Virus record (IMG/VR): IMGVR_UViG_3300012016_000001
Location: 1 to 64,000 of that record
From: a virus
Taxonomy: Duplodnaviria; Heunggongvirae; Uroviricota; Caudoviricetes
DNA: 64,000 nucleotides
Strand: one strand, 5' to 3'
A program made the translations under genes and the position numbers. Numbering within the stretch: the stretch's first letter is position 1; every line of letters starts with the position of its first letter. The notes below the pieces were generated by a model, which saw nothing but the letters and a program-made list of their open reading frames with translations, made no database searches and had not been told where the DNA came from. Of the stretch, positions 20,910-30,605 are shown piece by piece.

Positions 20910-21195
20910 AATTTATCCAGCTTCATTCTTTCTTTATGAAGTAGTAACATACAAATTTTTTAATGAAAAGCAGATTAAAGGTAGAGTGGAGTTGGTCAAT
21001 TCTAAATTCTTTAAATCTTCCAAGCCCCTAAAACTAGGGTATAAGATTAAAAGAGAAAAAGATTACTCATTGGAAATGTCTATAGTTTGGGTAGGCGCAC
21101 CAATGGAATATATCAGAGATAATGATTTAAAAATTTATGATCCAAAGAAAAATGAAAAAGGACGTCGTAATGTATCAAAAAGGAGTCATCACTGA
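20860..21195 (+). CDS. hypothetical protein
   Basis: 111-aa ORF overlapping the upstream gene by 50 nt. Start is uncertain. Confidence 0.35.
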   Translation: MAKPTPTTSYLTPDGSRIYPASFFLYEVVTYKFFNEKQIKGRVELVNSKFFKSSKPLKLGYKIKREKDYSLEMSIVWVGAPMEYIRDNDLKIYDPKKNEKGRRNVSKRSHH

Positions 21196-21748
21196 CTTCA
21201 AGGGTGTAGAACATCCATTTATTGTTTGTGCTCTTAGCACTAGTTCATTTAACGAAGACCCCGACTATGATGTCGCACTGACAGTCTATGATGAGGAGTT
21301 GGCAGATTACTGTGCAGATGCTCCTCTTCCTCGTGCTGTGTTCCTTGGAGTTGCAGTGTGTAATCCTGGATCTGATACGAAGGCTGGAGATGAATGGGAT
21401 GAAGAAAAAGGTAAGATGATTGCTCTTGCAAAGGCTAAGGGATTTAAGTTTCTCAAGCCAGAGAAAGCTGCAGCTATCTTCGCCACTCGTCCTGGACTTA
21501 TCAGTGAAATTCTTGTGTCCGCTCTCCTTACTAAGGAGGTCGAACATATAAAGGATTCCCCAGAAAGTGTGATTCCTGGTTACAATCAAATGAAGGCGCG
21601 TTGGGAGCAACAACAAGCTGCTAAGAAGTATCTGAGTGAAACCCCAGAACCACTCTTAGAGCTTGGAGATAAACTCTCTTCCCTCAAAGGAGACGAGGTT
21701 GAGAGAGTAATCAACGTTGCTCTAATTAAGTCTAATGAACAGCAATAA
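21170..21748 (+). CDS. hypothetical protein
   Basis: Track ORF 21137-21748. The internal ATG at 21170 reduces the overlap. Confidence 0.5.
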   Translation: MYQKGVITDFKGVEHPFIVCALSTSSFNEDPDYDVALTVYDEELADYCADAPLPRAVFLGVAVCNPGSDTKAGDEWDEEKGKMIALAKAKGFKFLKPEKAAAIFATRPGLISEILVSALLTKEVEHIKDSPESVIPGYNQMKARWEQQQAAKKYLSETPEPLLELGDKLSSLKGDEVERVINVALIKSNEQQ

Positions 21749-22097
21749 GTTCGTTATAGGCACTTTCATATGTAGTTTCATAGTCTTAGGATGCCTATAT
21801 TATTGGGTAGTCAACTTTTCTCCATGTGTAGTAACTCCAGAGGATATACTACTGAGGAAGGTTGACTCCCTCACTATTAAAGTAGACTCTATAAATAGAG
21901 CTAATGATAGTATAAAAGTAATTATAGACACTACTGAAATTGAAATTCAACATACATATGAAAAGTATATCGAAATTCGTGATCGCATTACTTATCAGTC
22001 TGTCTATTCCGATTGTATGTTCTTCTCAAATTACTTATCCCAGGATAGTCAACGATTCATTGATACTATTAACTTCCAGACAGTTGAAGCATACTAA
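21735..22097 (+). CDS. membrane-anchored protein (N-terminal transmembrane segment)
   Basis: FVIGTFICSFIVLGCLYYWVV hydrophobic segment. Confidence 0.45.
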   Translation: MNSNKFVIGTFICSFIVLGCLYYWVVNFSPCVVTPEDILLRKVDSLTIKVDSINRANDSIKVIIDTTEIEIQHTYEKYIEIRDRITYQSVYSDCMFFSNYLSQDSQRFIDTINFQTVEAY

Positions 22098-22365
22098 TCT
22101 TATATTTGCTGAACATGAAATGCTGTTAAAAAAAGTTGACCTATTAGAAAGTCAAAATCGGCAATTTAGGGTTCTTATGTTCAACTATGAACAACAAGAT
22201 TCTTTAAAAAATAATCTTATTGAAGTTAATAAAGAGTTATACGAAAGTACCATTTATAAGTTAAATGAAAACCTAAAAAAAGAAACTCGTAAGAGAAAAC
22301 TTAGTCAATTAGGTTTATATGGAACTATTGTGGCTGCTTTAGCAACTCTTTTAATTATTAAATGA
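21958..22365 (+). CDS. putative lipoprotein with a C-terminal transmembrane segment (unimolecular-spanin-like topology)
   Basis: MKSISKFVIALLISLSIPIVC lipobox-like signal, central coiled-coil-like region, C-terminal LGLYGTIVAALATLLII. Overlaps 21735-22097 by 140 nt in another frame. Confidence 0.4.
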   Translation: MKSISKFVIALLISLSIPIVCSSQITYPRIVNDSLILLTSRQLKHTNLIFAEHEMLLKKVDLLESQNRQFRVLMFNYEQQDSLKNNLIEVNKELYESTIYKLNENLKKETRKRKLSQLGLYGTIVAALATLLIIK

Positions 22366-22517
22366 AATATACTCGATTAGATAGGGATTCTGAAGGAGTA
22401 CATTATAAGTATCTCGATAGGTCTTGTAAGCAATGCATACGCTATCCATGTTTTGAAGGTATAGAGAATTGTAAGTCTGACTTTGCCAAATACGGTTGTA
22501 AAGATTATAAGGAATGA
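22362..22517 (+). CDS. small Cys-rich protein (51 aa)
   Basis: ATGA overlaps at both ends. Confidence 0.35.
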   Translation: MKYTRLDRDSEGVHYKYLDRSCKQCIRYPCFEGIENCKSDFAKYGCKDYKE

Positions 22518-22819
22518 CTACTATTCTTGCTATATTAGAGGACAAGCTCGACGAAGGTATGGGCTATACCACCTATATATTTAGAAATCTAGAAGAAAAT
22601 AAATGGAATCTAAAATATAAGATGGTAACACGATGCCCTAACTGGGACCATCGTGCAATTAATATAGGCGAGGAAGGGTTTTTAACTTATCAGGACTGCA
22701 AGGCAGGTGAGACTACTTGGTATGATGGAAAAGATTTCCATTATTATAAAACCACTATGTCTCAATTCATGAAATTTATTGCTAGACCTAAACAAGTTAG
22801 TACAGATTACGTAATGTGA
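22514..22819 (+). CDS. hypothetical protein
   Basis: 101-aa ORF. Confidence 0.5.
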   Translation: MTTILAILEDKLDEGMGYTTYIFRNLEENKWNLKYKMVTRCPNWDHRAINIGEEGFLTYQDCKAGETTWYDGKDFHYYKTTMSQFMKFIARPKQVSTDYVM

Positions 22820-22882
22820 GTAAGGACTCACTTAAAAAATAAAGATTATGAAAAATTAAAAAATTGAAAATGTAAGAATTTA

Positions 22883-23773
22883 ATGGGAATTTTAGGTGAC
22901 AAATTGACAGCAGCTAAGGAAGCAAAAAGTAATAACATCAATACTTTCGTTTGGAAAGGTCCTAAGAAAGAGGTTGATGGTAAAGTAGTACAGGAAGAGG
23001 TGATGTTGAAAGACGCCACCGAGGCACAACTGAGAGAGTTCTATGCCCACTGTATGTCAATGTTACATAGCCAAGACAAGGTTAATCCCGGAAGATATAC
23101 ACTTCTTGGTATTATTAAAGAACAAAGAGATTGTTGTAATGCTGAACTTTTCGTGAGATGGCTTGAGAACAAGTATAAGAAAGATAATCCTGTGCGTAAG
23201 GAGTATCATAGATATTTGTATCTTCAGGATTTGCGCACTATCCTTAATAACAATAGGGAACAGTTTGATCTTAGCCATCTAGACCAGTATGCTATTGAGA
23301 CAGTTACGCAGGGAGCTCCAATGGAGTTTCGTGATGTAACTATAGCTAAGGCACAAAGTGCTTGTCTGGACACTCTTGGAGAGTTTAATAAGAAGCATCT
23401 TTCTCTTAACTTTATTACCAAGTTAGGATTGTGGTTTACTCCCGCTGAAATCAAAGACCTTACGGAAAAAGATGAAAACGGAAAGACCAAGGATAGATTA
23501 GCAGTTATTCGTGAACGTCACGGGTTGAAGGCTAGTATTAAGCTTTATATCAATCCAAAGGGACTCAACTATACAGAACTTCGTGCTATGCTTAATTTAA
23601 AGAGCAAGAGTCGTAAGTATTCTGACCTCACTACAGACCAGCTTGTTACTTTACGTGACAAGGTGTTGTTCCGTTTTGAGGAAGAGGTTGATTTCCACAT
23701 CCAGCAATGGGAAGAGCGTATCGAACAGCTCAAGAAAGTTGCTGAAATGAAAGGAATAAATTTGGATGAATAG
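22883..23773 (+). CDS. hypothetical protein
   Basis: 296-aa ORF. Confidence 0.55.
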   Translation: MGILGDKLTAAKEAKSNNINTFVWKGPKKEVDGKVVQEEVMLKDATEAQLREFYAHCMSMLHSQDKVNPGRYTLLGIIKEQRDCCNAELFVRWLENKYKKDNPVRKEYHRYLYLQDLRTILNNNREQFDLSHLDQYAIETVTQGAPMEFRDVTIAKAQSACLDTLGEFNKKHLSLNFITKLGLWFTPAEIKDLTEKDENGKTKDRLAVIRERHGLKASIKLYINPKGLNYTELRAMLNLKSKSRKYSDLTTDQLVTLRDKVLFRFEEEVDFHIQQWEERIEQLKKVAEMKGINLDE

Positions 23774-23842
23774 AGTTCAGCTGGGAGAGGTTCTTTTGAA
23801 TCTCTCCCTTAATCTGCCCCTTGAGACGTTAGTATATTTGCT

Positions 23843-25132
23843 ATGCGGAGTGGGACAGATGATTTGTTTGTAATAGCTGATAGAACAGCACGACAAGAAG
23901 AATGTAGAAGAAAATGGATACAACATAAATGTGTTGGAACTATAGTTGCAGCAACTGGCTTTGGTAAAACCAGAGTTGGAATGAACTGCATAGAAACTAT
24001 AGTAAAGCATTATCCTAACTTCCGTTGTTTAGTAGTAGTTCCTACAGACACACTACAGAAACAATGGAAGAGTCAACTAGATGAAAAAGGTTTAGGTCTT
24101 AACTGTGATGTATTAGTAATAAACACAGCTGTAAAAGAGAAAAGGCAATATCATTTAGTTGTTCTGGATGAAGTACATAGATATGCTAGTGATGTATTTT
24201 CTCAAATATTTAAGCAAGTGGGATTTAAATACATTTTAGGTTTAACTGCAACCTTTGAAAGACTAGATGGAAAGGAAATATTACTATCCAAACATTGTCC
24301 TGTAATAGATTCTATTACTTTGCAGGATGCTATAATGAATGGATGGGTATCTCCTTTTACAGAGTATGAGGTGCTTTTACAAGTAGATAATATAGAAGAA
24401 TATGAACTCCTTAATAAGGAATTCACTGAACACTTTGAATTCTTCAATTTTGATTTTAATTTAGCTATGCTCATGGTTGGTAAAGATGGATGGAAGAATC
24501 GACAGGCGTATCGTGATAAAATATGCCCTAAAGATGCTTCAGCCTCAGACAAAAAATTCCTTTTGTCTAATATAACATATCACGCAATGGGATTTATGAG
24601 GACCATACAAGCCAGAAAGAAATTTATAAATGAGCATCCTAAAAAGATTGAAATTGCTAATAAGATTATTGAAGCAAGAATGGATAAGAAAATAGTTACT
24701 TTTTCAAAGAAAGTATCTATGGCTGAACAGATAAAATATGGTGAAGTATATACAGGAAAAACTTCTAAGAAAAGGAGTGCTACAGTACTTGAAGACTTCA
24801 ACCAATATGCTACAGGAGTACTCAATACTTGTGAAAAAGTAAATGAAGGACTTGATGTACATGGTTTATCTGTCGCTATCATCCTAGGACTAGATTCGGC
24901 ACACCTTAAGGCTATTCAAAGAGTAGGAAGAGTAATTAGACATGAAGCCGGAAAGAAAGCGGAAATATTTAATCTTATCATTGACAAGACTGTTGAAACA
25001 AAGTGGTTTAGTACTTCCCATCCCGAAGGGAGTTATAAAGTCATAGATGAACAAGGACTAGAAAAAGTGTTAAGAGGAGAAGATCCTGGAGAATATGTCA
25101 GACCAGCAACTAAATTCGTATTTAGGTTCTAA
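23843..25132 (+). CDS. superfamily 2 DEAD/DEAH-box helicase
   Basis: Walker A ATGFGKT, motif II LDEVH, later helicase motifs (TATF, QRVGRVIR). Confidence 0.75.
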   Translation: MRSGTDDLFVIADRTARQEECRRKWIQHKCVGTIVAATGFGKTRVGMNCIETIVKHYPNFRCLVVVPTDTLQKQWKSQLDEKGLGLNCDVLVINTAVKEKRQYHLVVLDEVHRYASDVFSQIFKQVGFKYILGLTATFERLDGKEILLSKHCPVIDSITLQDAIMNGWVSPFTEYEVLLQVDNIEEYELLNKEFTEHFEFFNFDFNLAMLMVGKDGWKNRQAYRDKICPKDASASDKKFLLSNITYHAMGFMRTIQARKKFINEHPKKIEIANKIIEARMDKKIVTFSKKVSMAEQIKYGEVYTGKTSKKRSATVLEDFNQYATGVLNTCEKVNEGLDVHGLSVAIILGLDSAHLKAIQRVGRVIRHEAGKKAEIFNLIIDKTVETKWFSTSHPEGSYKVIDEQGLEKVLRGEDPGEYVRPATKFVFRF

Positions 25133-25163
25133 TTTTTGGAAAATAGTTTCAGAAGTCTCTATC

Positions 25164-25301
25164 ATGTTAGCCATAGGAGGCAAATGGTTTTGGAGAGTAG
25201 AACCTAGAGATGGTGCATTAGAATTTTCAGATAAATATTTTATAAGTGCAGCAGATGCAGAACAAGATTTAATAACTTTTCTAAAAAATAAGGTAGTATG
25301 A
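25164..25301 (+). CDS. YegP/DUF1508-like small protein
   Basis: GKWFWRVEPRDGALEFSDKYFISAADAEQDL resembles the DUF1508 repeat. Start chosen at an internal ATG. Confidence 0.4.
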   Translation: MLAIGGKWFWRVEPRDGALEFSDKYFISAADAEQDLITFLKNKVV

Positions 25302-25480
25302 AAGGTTCGGAAATGGTGGAATTGCTTATTCTTGAGCAAATAGTATCAACATATCAAAGTGCACAATTTAAGGGTTTATATGACAAAATGTATGATATGG
25401 AAAAGTTATTAGCTAGATACAATGAGCTATCCATGCTCTTTATGAAACCCTATGTAAAGAATTCCGACTCGGGAGAGTAA
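25298..25480 (+). CDS. hypothetical protein
   Basis: 60-aa ORF. Confidence 0.4.
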   Translation: MKGSEMVELLILEQIVSTYQSAQFKGLYDKMYDMEKLLARYNELSMLFMKPYVKNSDSGE

Positions 25481-25534
25481 TACATCTTTTACAGTAAGAG
25501 ATTAGAACTTCAAAAATCTTAATCTTGAACTGTT

Positions 25535-26152
25535 TTGAATAAATATAACTTAAACATTGATGAGGAGATAGCTATGCTAGAGAAGTATCAGCTAACTCCT
25601 AATGAACTTTTTGTAGTTAGATTGATACTGGTTACCAAAGAAGGTTATCCAGAAAATTATCTCTTTAAGTTTCTTCAAATTAATGATTGTAAGGAAGGTT
25701 TTAGACCAACTTTAGTATCTCTTCAGAACAAAGGAGTAATTCTAAAGAGTTATAAGATTCCTGATAAAGGACAATCTTTTGACCCAGCTGCTATACCTTT
25801 TAGTAAGAACTTTGAAACTGCTTTATATAGGTCAGCTTTTGATATGGGTCAAGAACTCTACGAAGCATATCCAATGTTTGCAGAGATACAAGGTGCTACA
25901 GTTTCTATAAGAGGAATATCTAAAAAGTTTAATACTCTTGAAGATGCTTTTCGTTATTATGGAAAACAAATTAGATGGAATCAAGATACGCACAAGCATA
26001 TTCTTGAACTTCTAGATTGGGCACAAAACAATACTTCTTTCATTAACTTCTCTCTTGCTACATTTTTAGTAGATAGGAAATGGGAAGAGATAGAAGCTTT
26101 GAAGAATGGAGATATTACCAATGTAAACTATAACTCTATGCGCTCCATATGA
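25535..26152 (+). CDS. hypothetical protein (upstream of the replicative helicase)
   Basis: 205-aa ORF with a TTG start or an ATG at 25574. Confidence 0.5.
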   Translation: MNKYNLNIDEEIAMLEKYQLTPNELFVVRLILVTKEGYPENYLFKFLQINDCKEGFRPTLVSLQNKGVILKSYKIPDKGQSFDPAAIPFSKNFETALYRSAFDMGQELYEAYPMFAEIQGATVSIRGISKKFNTLEDAFRYYGKQIRWNQDTHKHILELLDWAQNNTSFINFSLATFLVDRKWEEIEALKNGDITNVNYNSMRSI

Positions 26153-26298
26153 TTACCGAATCAGTATTGGAGTTGATTAAAAGAGGACGTGAAGGGCATA
26201 ACCAAGGTATATCTATAGGTATGCCTAAGTTAGAAAGCATAATAGATGGACTTACTAGGTCTACCTATTATCTACTCTTTGGAGGCACTGGTAGTGGT
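26149..26298 (+). CDS. DnaB-like replicative helicase, exon 1
   Basis: ATGA overlap with the upstream gene. The reading frame ends LLFGGTGSGK-R-stop, so it breaks inside the Walker A loop. Confidence 0.65.
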
Positions 26299-27551
26299 AA
26301 ACGTTAAAATTTCTTAAGGACTGGTTTTGATGATTCATATTTTCTATATTAGTTATAATAAAATTATAACAATATGGAAATTAATGAAAAAATTGAAACT
26401 GGAGTCAAAATGTACCTGAATGGTGATGGCACATTAACACAATTACAGAGTATACTTGGAATTAGTAAAGATTTAATAGTAGCTAGATTAAAGGAATTAG
26501 GATATACAATTAAAAGAGGCTATAAACTATCTACAGTAATAGGGTTAAAGGCTGCTACTGAAGAATATTTAGCTAATTATAATAATAATCCTAGTTTGAC
26601 TCAAATAGCTGCTAAACATGGAATAAAAAGACAAACTCTTTCTTCACACGTTAAAGAATTAGGTTATGAAGTTATTAATCATCAAGATAGATTGAAATTT
26701 GATAACACTATATTTGATAGCATTGATACAGAAGAAAAGGCTTATTGGTTAGGATTTATATTTGCAGATGGATATGTAAGTGATAATAATGATTTTGAAG
26801 TATCTTTAAGTATTAAAGATTTTACTCACTTAAATTTATTGCATTTATTTATGAAGACTGAAAAGCCTGTCGGATTTAATGAGACTAGATGTAGACTATG
26901 TGTGAGAGATACTCACTTAGTAAATACTCTTAAGTCTTATGGTTGTATACCAAGAAAATCCTTAGTCTTAGAATTTCCAGAAGAAAAAATCTTTAAAGAT
27001 ATTAAACTTATAAGACATTTTATAAGAGGATTTGTTGATGGGGATGGATGCATTACTTACATCAATAAGGAACATACAAAGCCTCAACTCTCTATTTTAG
27101 GAACAGAGCAATTTCTAAATAAACTTCAGGAGTATTTACCTATTGATTTTATACATCAATTAGGATATAATAATAAATCTAAGAGTTTAGTAACTAGAGT
27201 TTTATCCTTTAATGGAAGTACTGCTTACAATGTTTGTAAGTTTCTATATCAAAATTCTAAAGTGTACCTAGATAGAAAATATGAGAAATTTTTAGAAATT
27301 TGCCGTTCAGAGGAGGAATCTTCTGAATTATTACTGGGCAAAAACGGTGAAGGCTGTGATGCTCCCGCCGTGGTAAATTCAGAAATTGCGAAAGGTTCTG
27401 AATCACCGTACAGCGTAGAGAGTGAATAAATATAATCTCTCCAAGAGTGCCTGGCACCCCAACTGAAATAAGTGGGTGAAAACGTACGCGGGACTTAAGC
27501 AAATAAGAAGCTTAAGAAACTAAGATAAAAAGCTTAGTGGTAACAAAATCG
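26299..27551 (+). mobile_element. group I intron carrying a LAGLIDADG homing endonuclease gene
   Basis: Splicing GGT|...tcG|AAG ACT ACC restores GGTGSGKTTF. The 5' exon ends in T and the intron ends in G. GC-rich paired segments occur near the ORF 3' end and downstream of it. Confidence 0.6.
26374..27429 (+). CDS. LAGLIDADG homing endonuclease (double motif) with N-terminal HTH-like repeats
   Basis: YWLGFIFADGYV and IRGFVDGDGCI motifs. Confidence 0.8.
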   Translation: MEINEKIETGVKMYLNGDGTLTQLQSILGISKDLIVARLKELGYTIKRGYKLSTVIGLKAATEEYLANYNNNPSLTQIAAKHGIKRQTLSSHVKELGYEVINHQDRLKFDNTIFDSIDTEEKAYWLGFIFADGYVSDNNDFEVSLSIKDFTHLNLLHLFMKTEKPVGFNETRCRLCVRDTHLVNTLKSYGCIPRKSLVLEFPEEKIFKDIKLIRHFIRGFVDGDGCITYINKEHTKPQLSILGTEQFLNKLQEYLPIDFIHQLGYNNKSKSLVTRVLSFNGSTAYNVCKFLYQNSKVYLDRKYEKFLEICRSEEESSELLLGKNGEGCDAPAVVNSEIAKGSESPYSVESE

Positions 27552-28490
27552 AAGACTACCTTTGCCTTATATTCCTTTATATATAGGCCTTTAGTCGAAA
27601 ATTTAGACAATGACGACTTTCGAGTCATATACTATTCATTAGAGATGTCTGCTGATATGTTGTTCTTAAAACTATTATGCATGCATATATGGGATGAATA
27701 TCATATTGAAGTATCTCCTAAAGAATTAATGTCTAGAAAGAAAAACTATATTCTTGATGAAGACCTATATAAAATAGTGCTAGAATGTCAACCTTGGCTA
27801 ACTAAAGTAGAACAGAAAATTACTGTCTATGATAGAGCATTAAATGCACAAGTTCTCTATGCTAATTTACATAGTGAATTAGAAAAAGAAGGAGAATTTA
27901 TCAATACTGATAAGCGTATCCTTTTTAAAGCAAAGAATCCAGATAAAATCATTCTTGTATGTATGGACCATATTGGTCTAGTTCGTCCAGGACAAGGATC
28001 TACTCTTAAAAATGAGATAGATTTATGTAGTAAGTATCTCTTAACCTTTAGAAACATATGTGGTATTAGTCCACTTGTTCTAATGCAAATCAATAGAGAT
28101 TCTACTTCTACTGATAGACGAAAACTAGATATGATTGACCTCAAGTTGAGTGATATCAAAGATAGTGGTAATCCATCTCAGGATGCTGAAGTTATTCTAG
28201 GTATTCTTTCTCCACATAGAGAGCAACTAAATAAGTACAGAAAATATGATATTACTCAACTAGAGGACAAGTTTAGAAGTATTTCTATTCTTAAATCTAG
28301 GTATGGTGAATCTGAAATACAAATTGGAAGTGCATTTTATGGTAAGGCTGGATTATTTAAGGAATTACCAAAGGGTGAGCAGATAACTTGTTATGACCCT
28401 TATATGGACGTTAGTTATATGTTGTCAGATGAAATTACACAAAATGAAAGAATAGATGAAAACGTAGTCAATTTTAATTTTACGATGTAA
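27552..28490 (+). CDS. DnaB-like replicative helicase, exon 2
   Basis: Continues KTTFALYSF...YYSLEMS...DHIGLV...QINRD, a RecA-like helicase core. Confidence 0.65.
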   Translation, partial: KTTFALYSFIYRPLVENLDNDDFRVIYYSLEMSADMLFLKLLCMHIWDEYHIEVSPKELMSRKKNYILDEDLYKIVLECQPWLTKVEQKITVYDRALNAQVLYANLHSELEKEGEFINTDKRILFKAKNPDKIILVCMDHIGLVRPGQGSTLKNEIDLCSKYLLTFRNICGISPLVLMQINRDSTSTDRRKLDMIDLKLSDIKDSGNPSQDAEVILGILSPHREQLNKYRKYDITQLEDKFRSISILKSRYGESEIQIGSAFYGKAGLFKELPKGEQITCYDPYMDVSYMLSDEITQNERIDENVVNFNFTM

Positions 28491-29189
28491 ATGGCTGAAT
28501 TAATCGCTATTGTTGGTGAATCTGGAAGTGGTAAGACCACTTCAATTAGAAATTTAAATCCAGAAGAGACATTTATTATTTCTACTACAGGTAAAAGACC
28601 TGGTATTAAAGGTGCTAAGAAAAAGTATCCAGATTTTAAGGTAGATAAAGAAACTAAGCAAATGAGTGGCAACTTTTATACTTCTTCAAACATCGACTCT
28701 ATAAAGCAGATGATGAAGATAGTTAATTTAAGAATGCCTAATGTTAAAGTTCTTATTATAGATGATTTTCAGTATTTGCAAGCGTTTGAGGCAATGGCTC
28801 GTGTAGACGAGAAAGGCTATGGTAAGTTTACTGACATGGCTAAACATGCTTATGAAGCGCTTAAGACTGGTATGGATATGAGAGATGACTTGTTCATTGT
28901 AGTATCCACTCATAGTGAAAATACTGGAGATAATCTAAATCCTTACTATAAGATTAAGACACAGGGCAAGATGTTGGATTCTGTGATTACTCTTGAGGGT
29001 CTTTTTACTTATGTATTCTTTACTAGAGTAGTTAATGATGATTCTGCTGGAGTTCAGTATAAATTTCTAACTAACTCAGATGGAACCTGCACAGCTAAAT
29101 CCCCGATGGGACTATTTGAAGATCTACTTATTGACAATGATTTAGATTATGTTATTAAGAAAATCACTGAATATAACGAAGGAGAATGA
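28491..29189 (+). CDS. AAA ATPase (AAA_24/Sak4-like)
   Basis: N-terminal Walker A IVGESGSGKTT and Walker B LIIDDF. Confidence 0.6.
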   Translation: MAELIAIVGESGSGKTTSIRNLNPEETFIISTTGKRPGIKGAKKKYPDFKVDKETKQMSGNFYTSSNIDSIKQMMKIVNLRMPNVKVLIIDDFQYLQAFEAMARVDEKGYGKFTDMAKHAYEALKTGMDMRDDLFIVVSTHSENTGDNLNPYYKIKTQGKMLDSVITLEGLFTYVFFTRVVNDDSAGVQYKFLTNSDGTCTAKSPMGLFEDLLIDNDLDYVIKKITEYNEGE

Positions 29190-29773
29190 TTCAGACATTC
29201 AAGGTGCTCTTTACATATGAGCAAGACGATGAGACCGGTGAAGTGAAGGTAGTAAATAGAGAGGTTGTCAATGACGACCTTCCTAAGGCTAAGAAGACAA
29301 GTAGTAAAACTACTAAGAAAACAGATGAAGACCCAGAACCAAAGGTTACTCTTGAAGATAATAAATATAGTCTGAATGCTGCTGCACTTACTTTGTTAGG
29401 TGTAGAAGCTGATGATCGTATTGATATTAAATTCGAAAAGAGAGAAAAGGGCAGAGTTCCTGTAATAGGGAATAATGTTTACTTTGGAACCCAGGGAGGT
29501 AATAGATTAACTAAATCTGGAACTGTAAGTTATAGAGGTAAAAATCATGACTTGCTAGAAGAATATGGCACAGTATTCACTCTCAAGGCAACTGATAAAG
29601 AAGGTATCTTTGAGATGATTGGTGACAAACCTATTCCAGAAGAAAAGAAAGATGAAAATGTTAAGATTGAAGATGAAGAGGTAGAGGAAATCGGAAGACC
29701 AGAAGATTTAATCGGACTGGTTGATGGTGATGCTACTGAAGCAAATGCAGAAGATCTTGATTTCAATTTCTAA
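29186..29773 (+). CDS. hypothetical acidic protein
   Basis: 195-aa ORF. Confidence 0.5.
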   Translation: MIQTFKVLFTYEQDDETGEVKVVNREVVNDDLPKAKKTSSKTTKKTDEDPEPKVTLEDNKYSLNAAALTLLGVEADDRIDIKFEKREKGRVPVIGNNVYFGTQGGNRLTKSGTVSYRGKNHDLLEEYGTVFTLKATDKEGIFEMIGDKPIPEEKKDENVKIEDEEVEEIGRPEDLIGLVDGDATEANAEDLDFNF

Positions 29774-29791
29774 TTCAAATTTGGTTAAATT

Positions 29792-30523
29792 ATGGCAAAT
29801 GGATTTGTTTTTGGTCCGATAGACAAAGTACAAGCAACAGCTGGTGGTAATCGTCGTTTACGTCCTTGGGATACATATGAAGTTAAGTTTGTAGATGTAA
29901 AGTATGATACTATTAAAGGTAAGAAAGATGAGACTAAGACCTATGAAATGCTGATAGTAAGGTTTGAAAGTGAAGATGGTTACTATGAAGAGCGTATCTT
30001 CAATCCTGGAGAAAAGGGAAATGAAAGATTTGAGAACACGAATAAGGAAGGTCATAAGTACTATTCCGCATCTCCAATGGAGAGACTTCGTATTTTCATT
30101 GCTCAGATGTTGACCGTCCTCAATCCTGATGGAATGAAAAAGATGGTAAAGTTAGCTCCGAAAATCGGCAGCTTTAAGCAATTATGTGAAGTATTTGCTA
30201 AGCTGATGGAGCCAGCTAAGGGTAAAACCACACATCTAAAGTTGGTGGGTCGTACCAATTCTCAGACCAATCGGGTAGAACCTTGTCTTCCAAAATTTGC
30301 TGGTGTCAGCAAGAATGGAGACTTGTTTACTGCAGATAACTTTATAGGAGATAAACTTTTCTTCTCTCCGTATGAGGAAGAGCAGAAGCAGAAGTATTTA
30401 GCTGCTAAGCCTACCAATATGGATGCTGTAGAACCTCCGGTGGAAGCAAGTGTTGACGAACTACCTGCAACAGAAGCTCCCAAAGAGGAAATAGACGACT
30501 TTGAAGGTCTACTAAACAATTGA
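29792..30523 (+). CDS. possible single-stranded DNA-binding protein
   Basis: Sits in the replication module and has an acidic C-terminal tail EEIDDFEGLL. Confidence 0.35.
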   Translation: MANGFVFGPIDKVQATAGGNRRLRPWDTYEVKFVDVKYDTIKGKKDETKTYEMLIVRFESEDGYYEERIFNPGEKGNERFENTNKEGHKYYSASPMERLRIFIAQMLTVLNPDGMKKMVKLAPKIGSFKQLCEVFAKLMEPAKGKTTHLKLVGRTNSQTNRVEPCLPKFAGVSKNGDLFTADNFIGDKLFFSPYEEEQKQKYLAAKPTNMDAVEPPVEASVDELPATEAPKEEIDDFEGLLNN

Positions 30524-30534
30524 TTACGTTTCCT

Positions 30535-30562
30535 GCAGAGGGCCTAGTGCCCTCTGCTTTTA
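30535..30562 (+). terminator. rho-independent terminator
   Basis: GCAGAGGGC-ctagt-GCCCTCTGC followed by TTTT. Confidence 0.8.
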
Positions 30563-30605
30563 TATTAAAGAAAAAAGTCTTATATTTGGGTGTCAATAAG
30601 AATTT

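Noticed and set aside
23833-23840. TATATTTG directly upstream of the SF2 helicase ATG as a promoter -7 box.
   Set aside because: There is no TTTG at the expected -33 distance, and the box ends 2 nt before the start codon, leaving no room for a transcript leader.
26299-27551. Intein rather than intron in the DnaB-like helicase (and likewise in nrdD at 39475-40504).
   Set aside because: Exon 1 is followed by in-frame stop codons and non-coding AT-rich sequence, the endonuclease ORFs are free-standing with their own starts and stops, and the junctions fit group I U|...G| rules.
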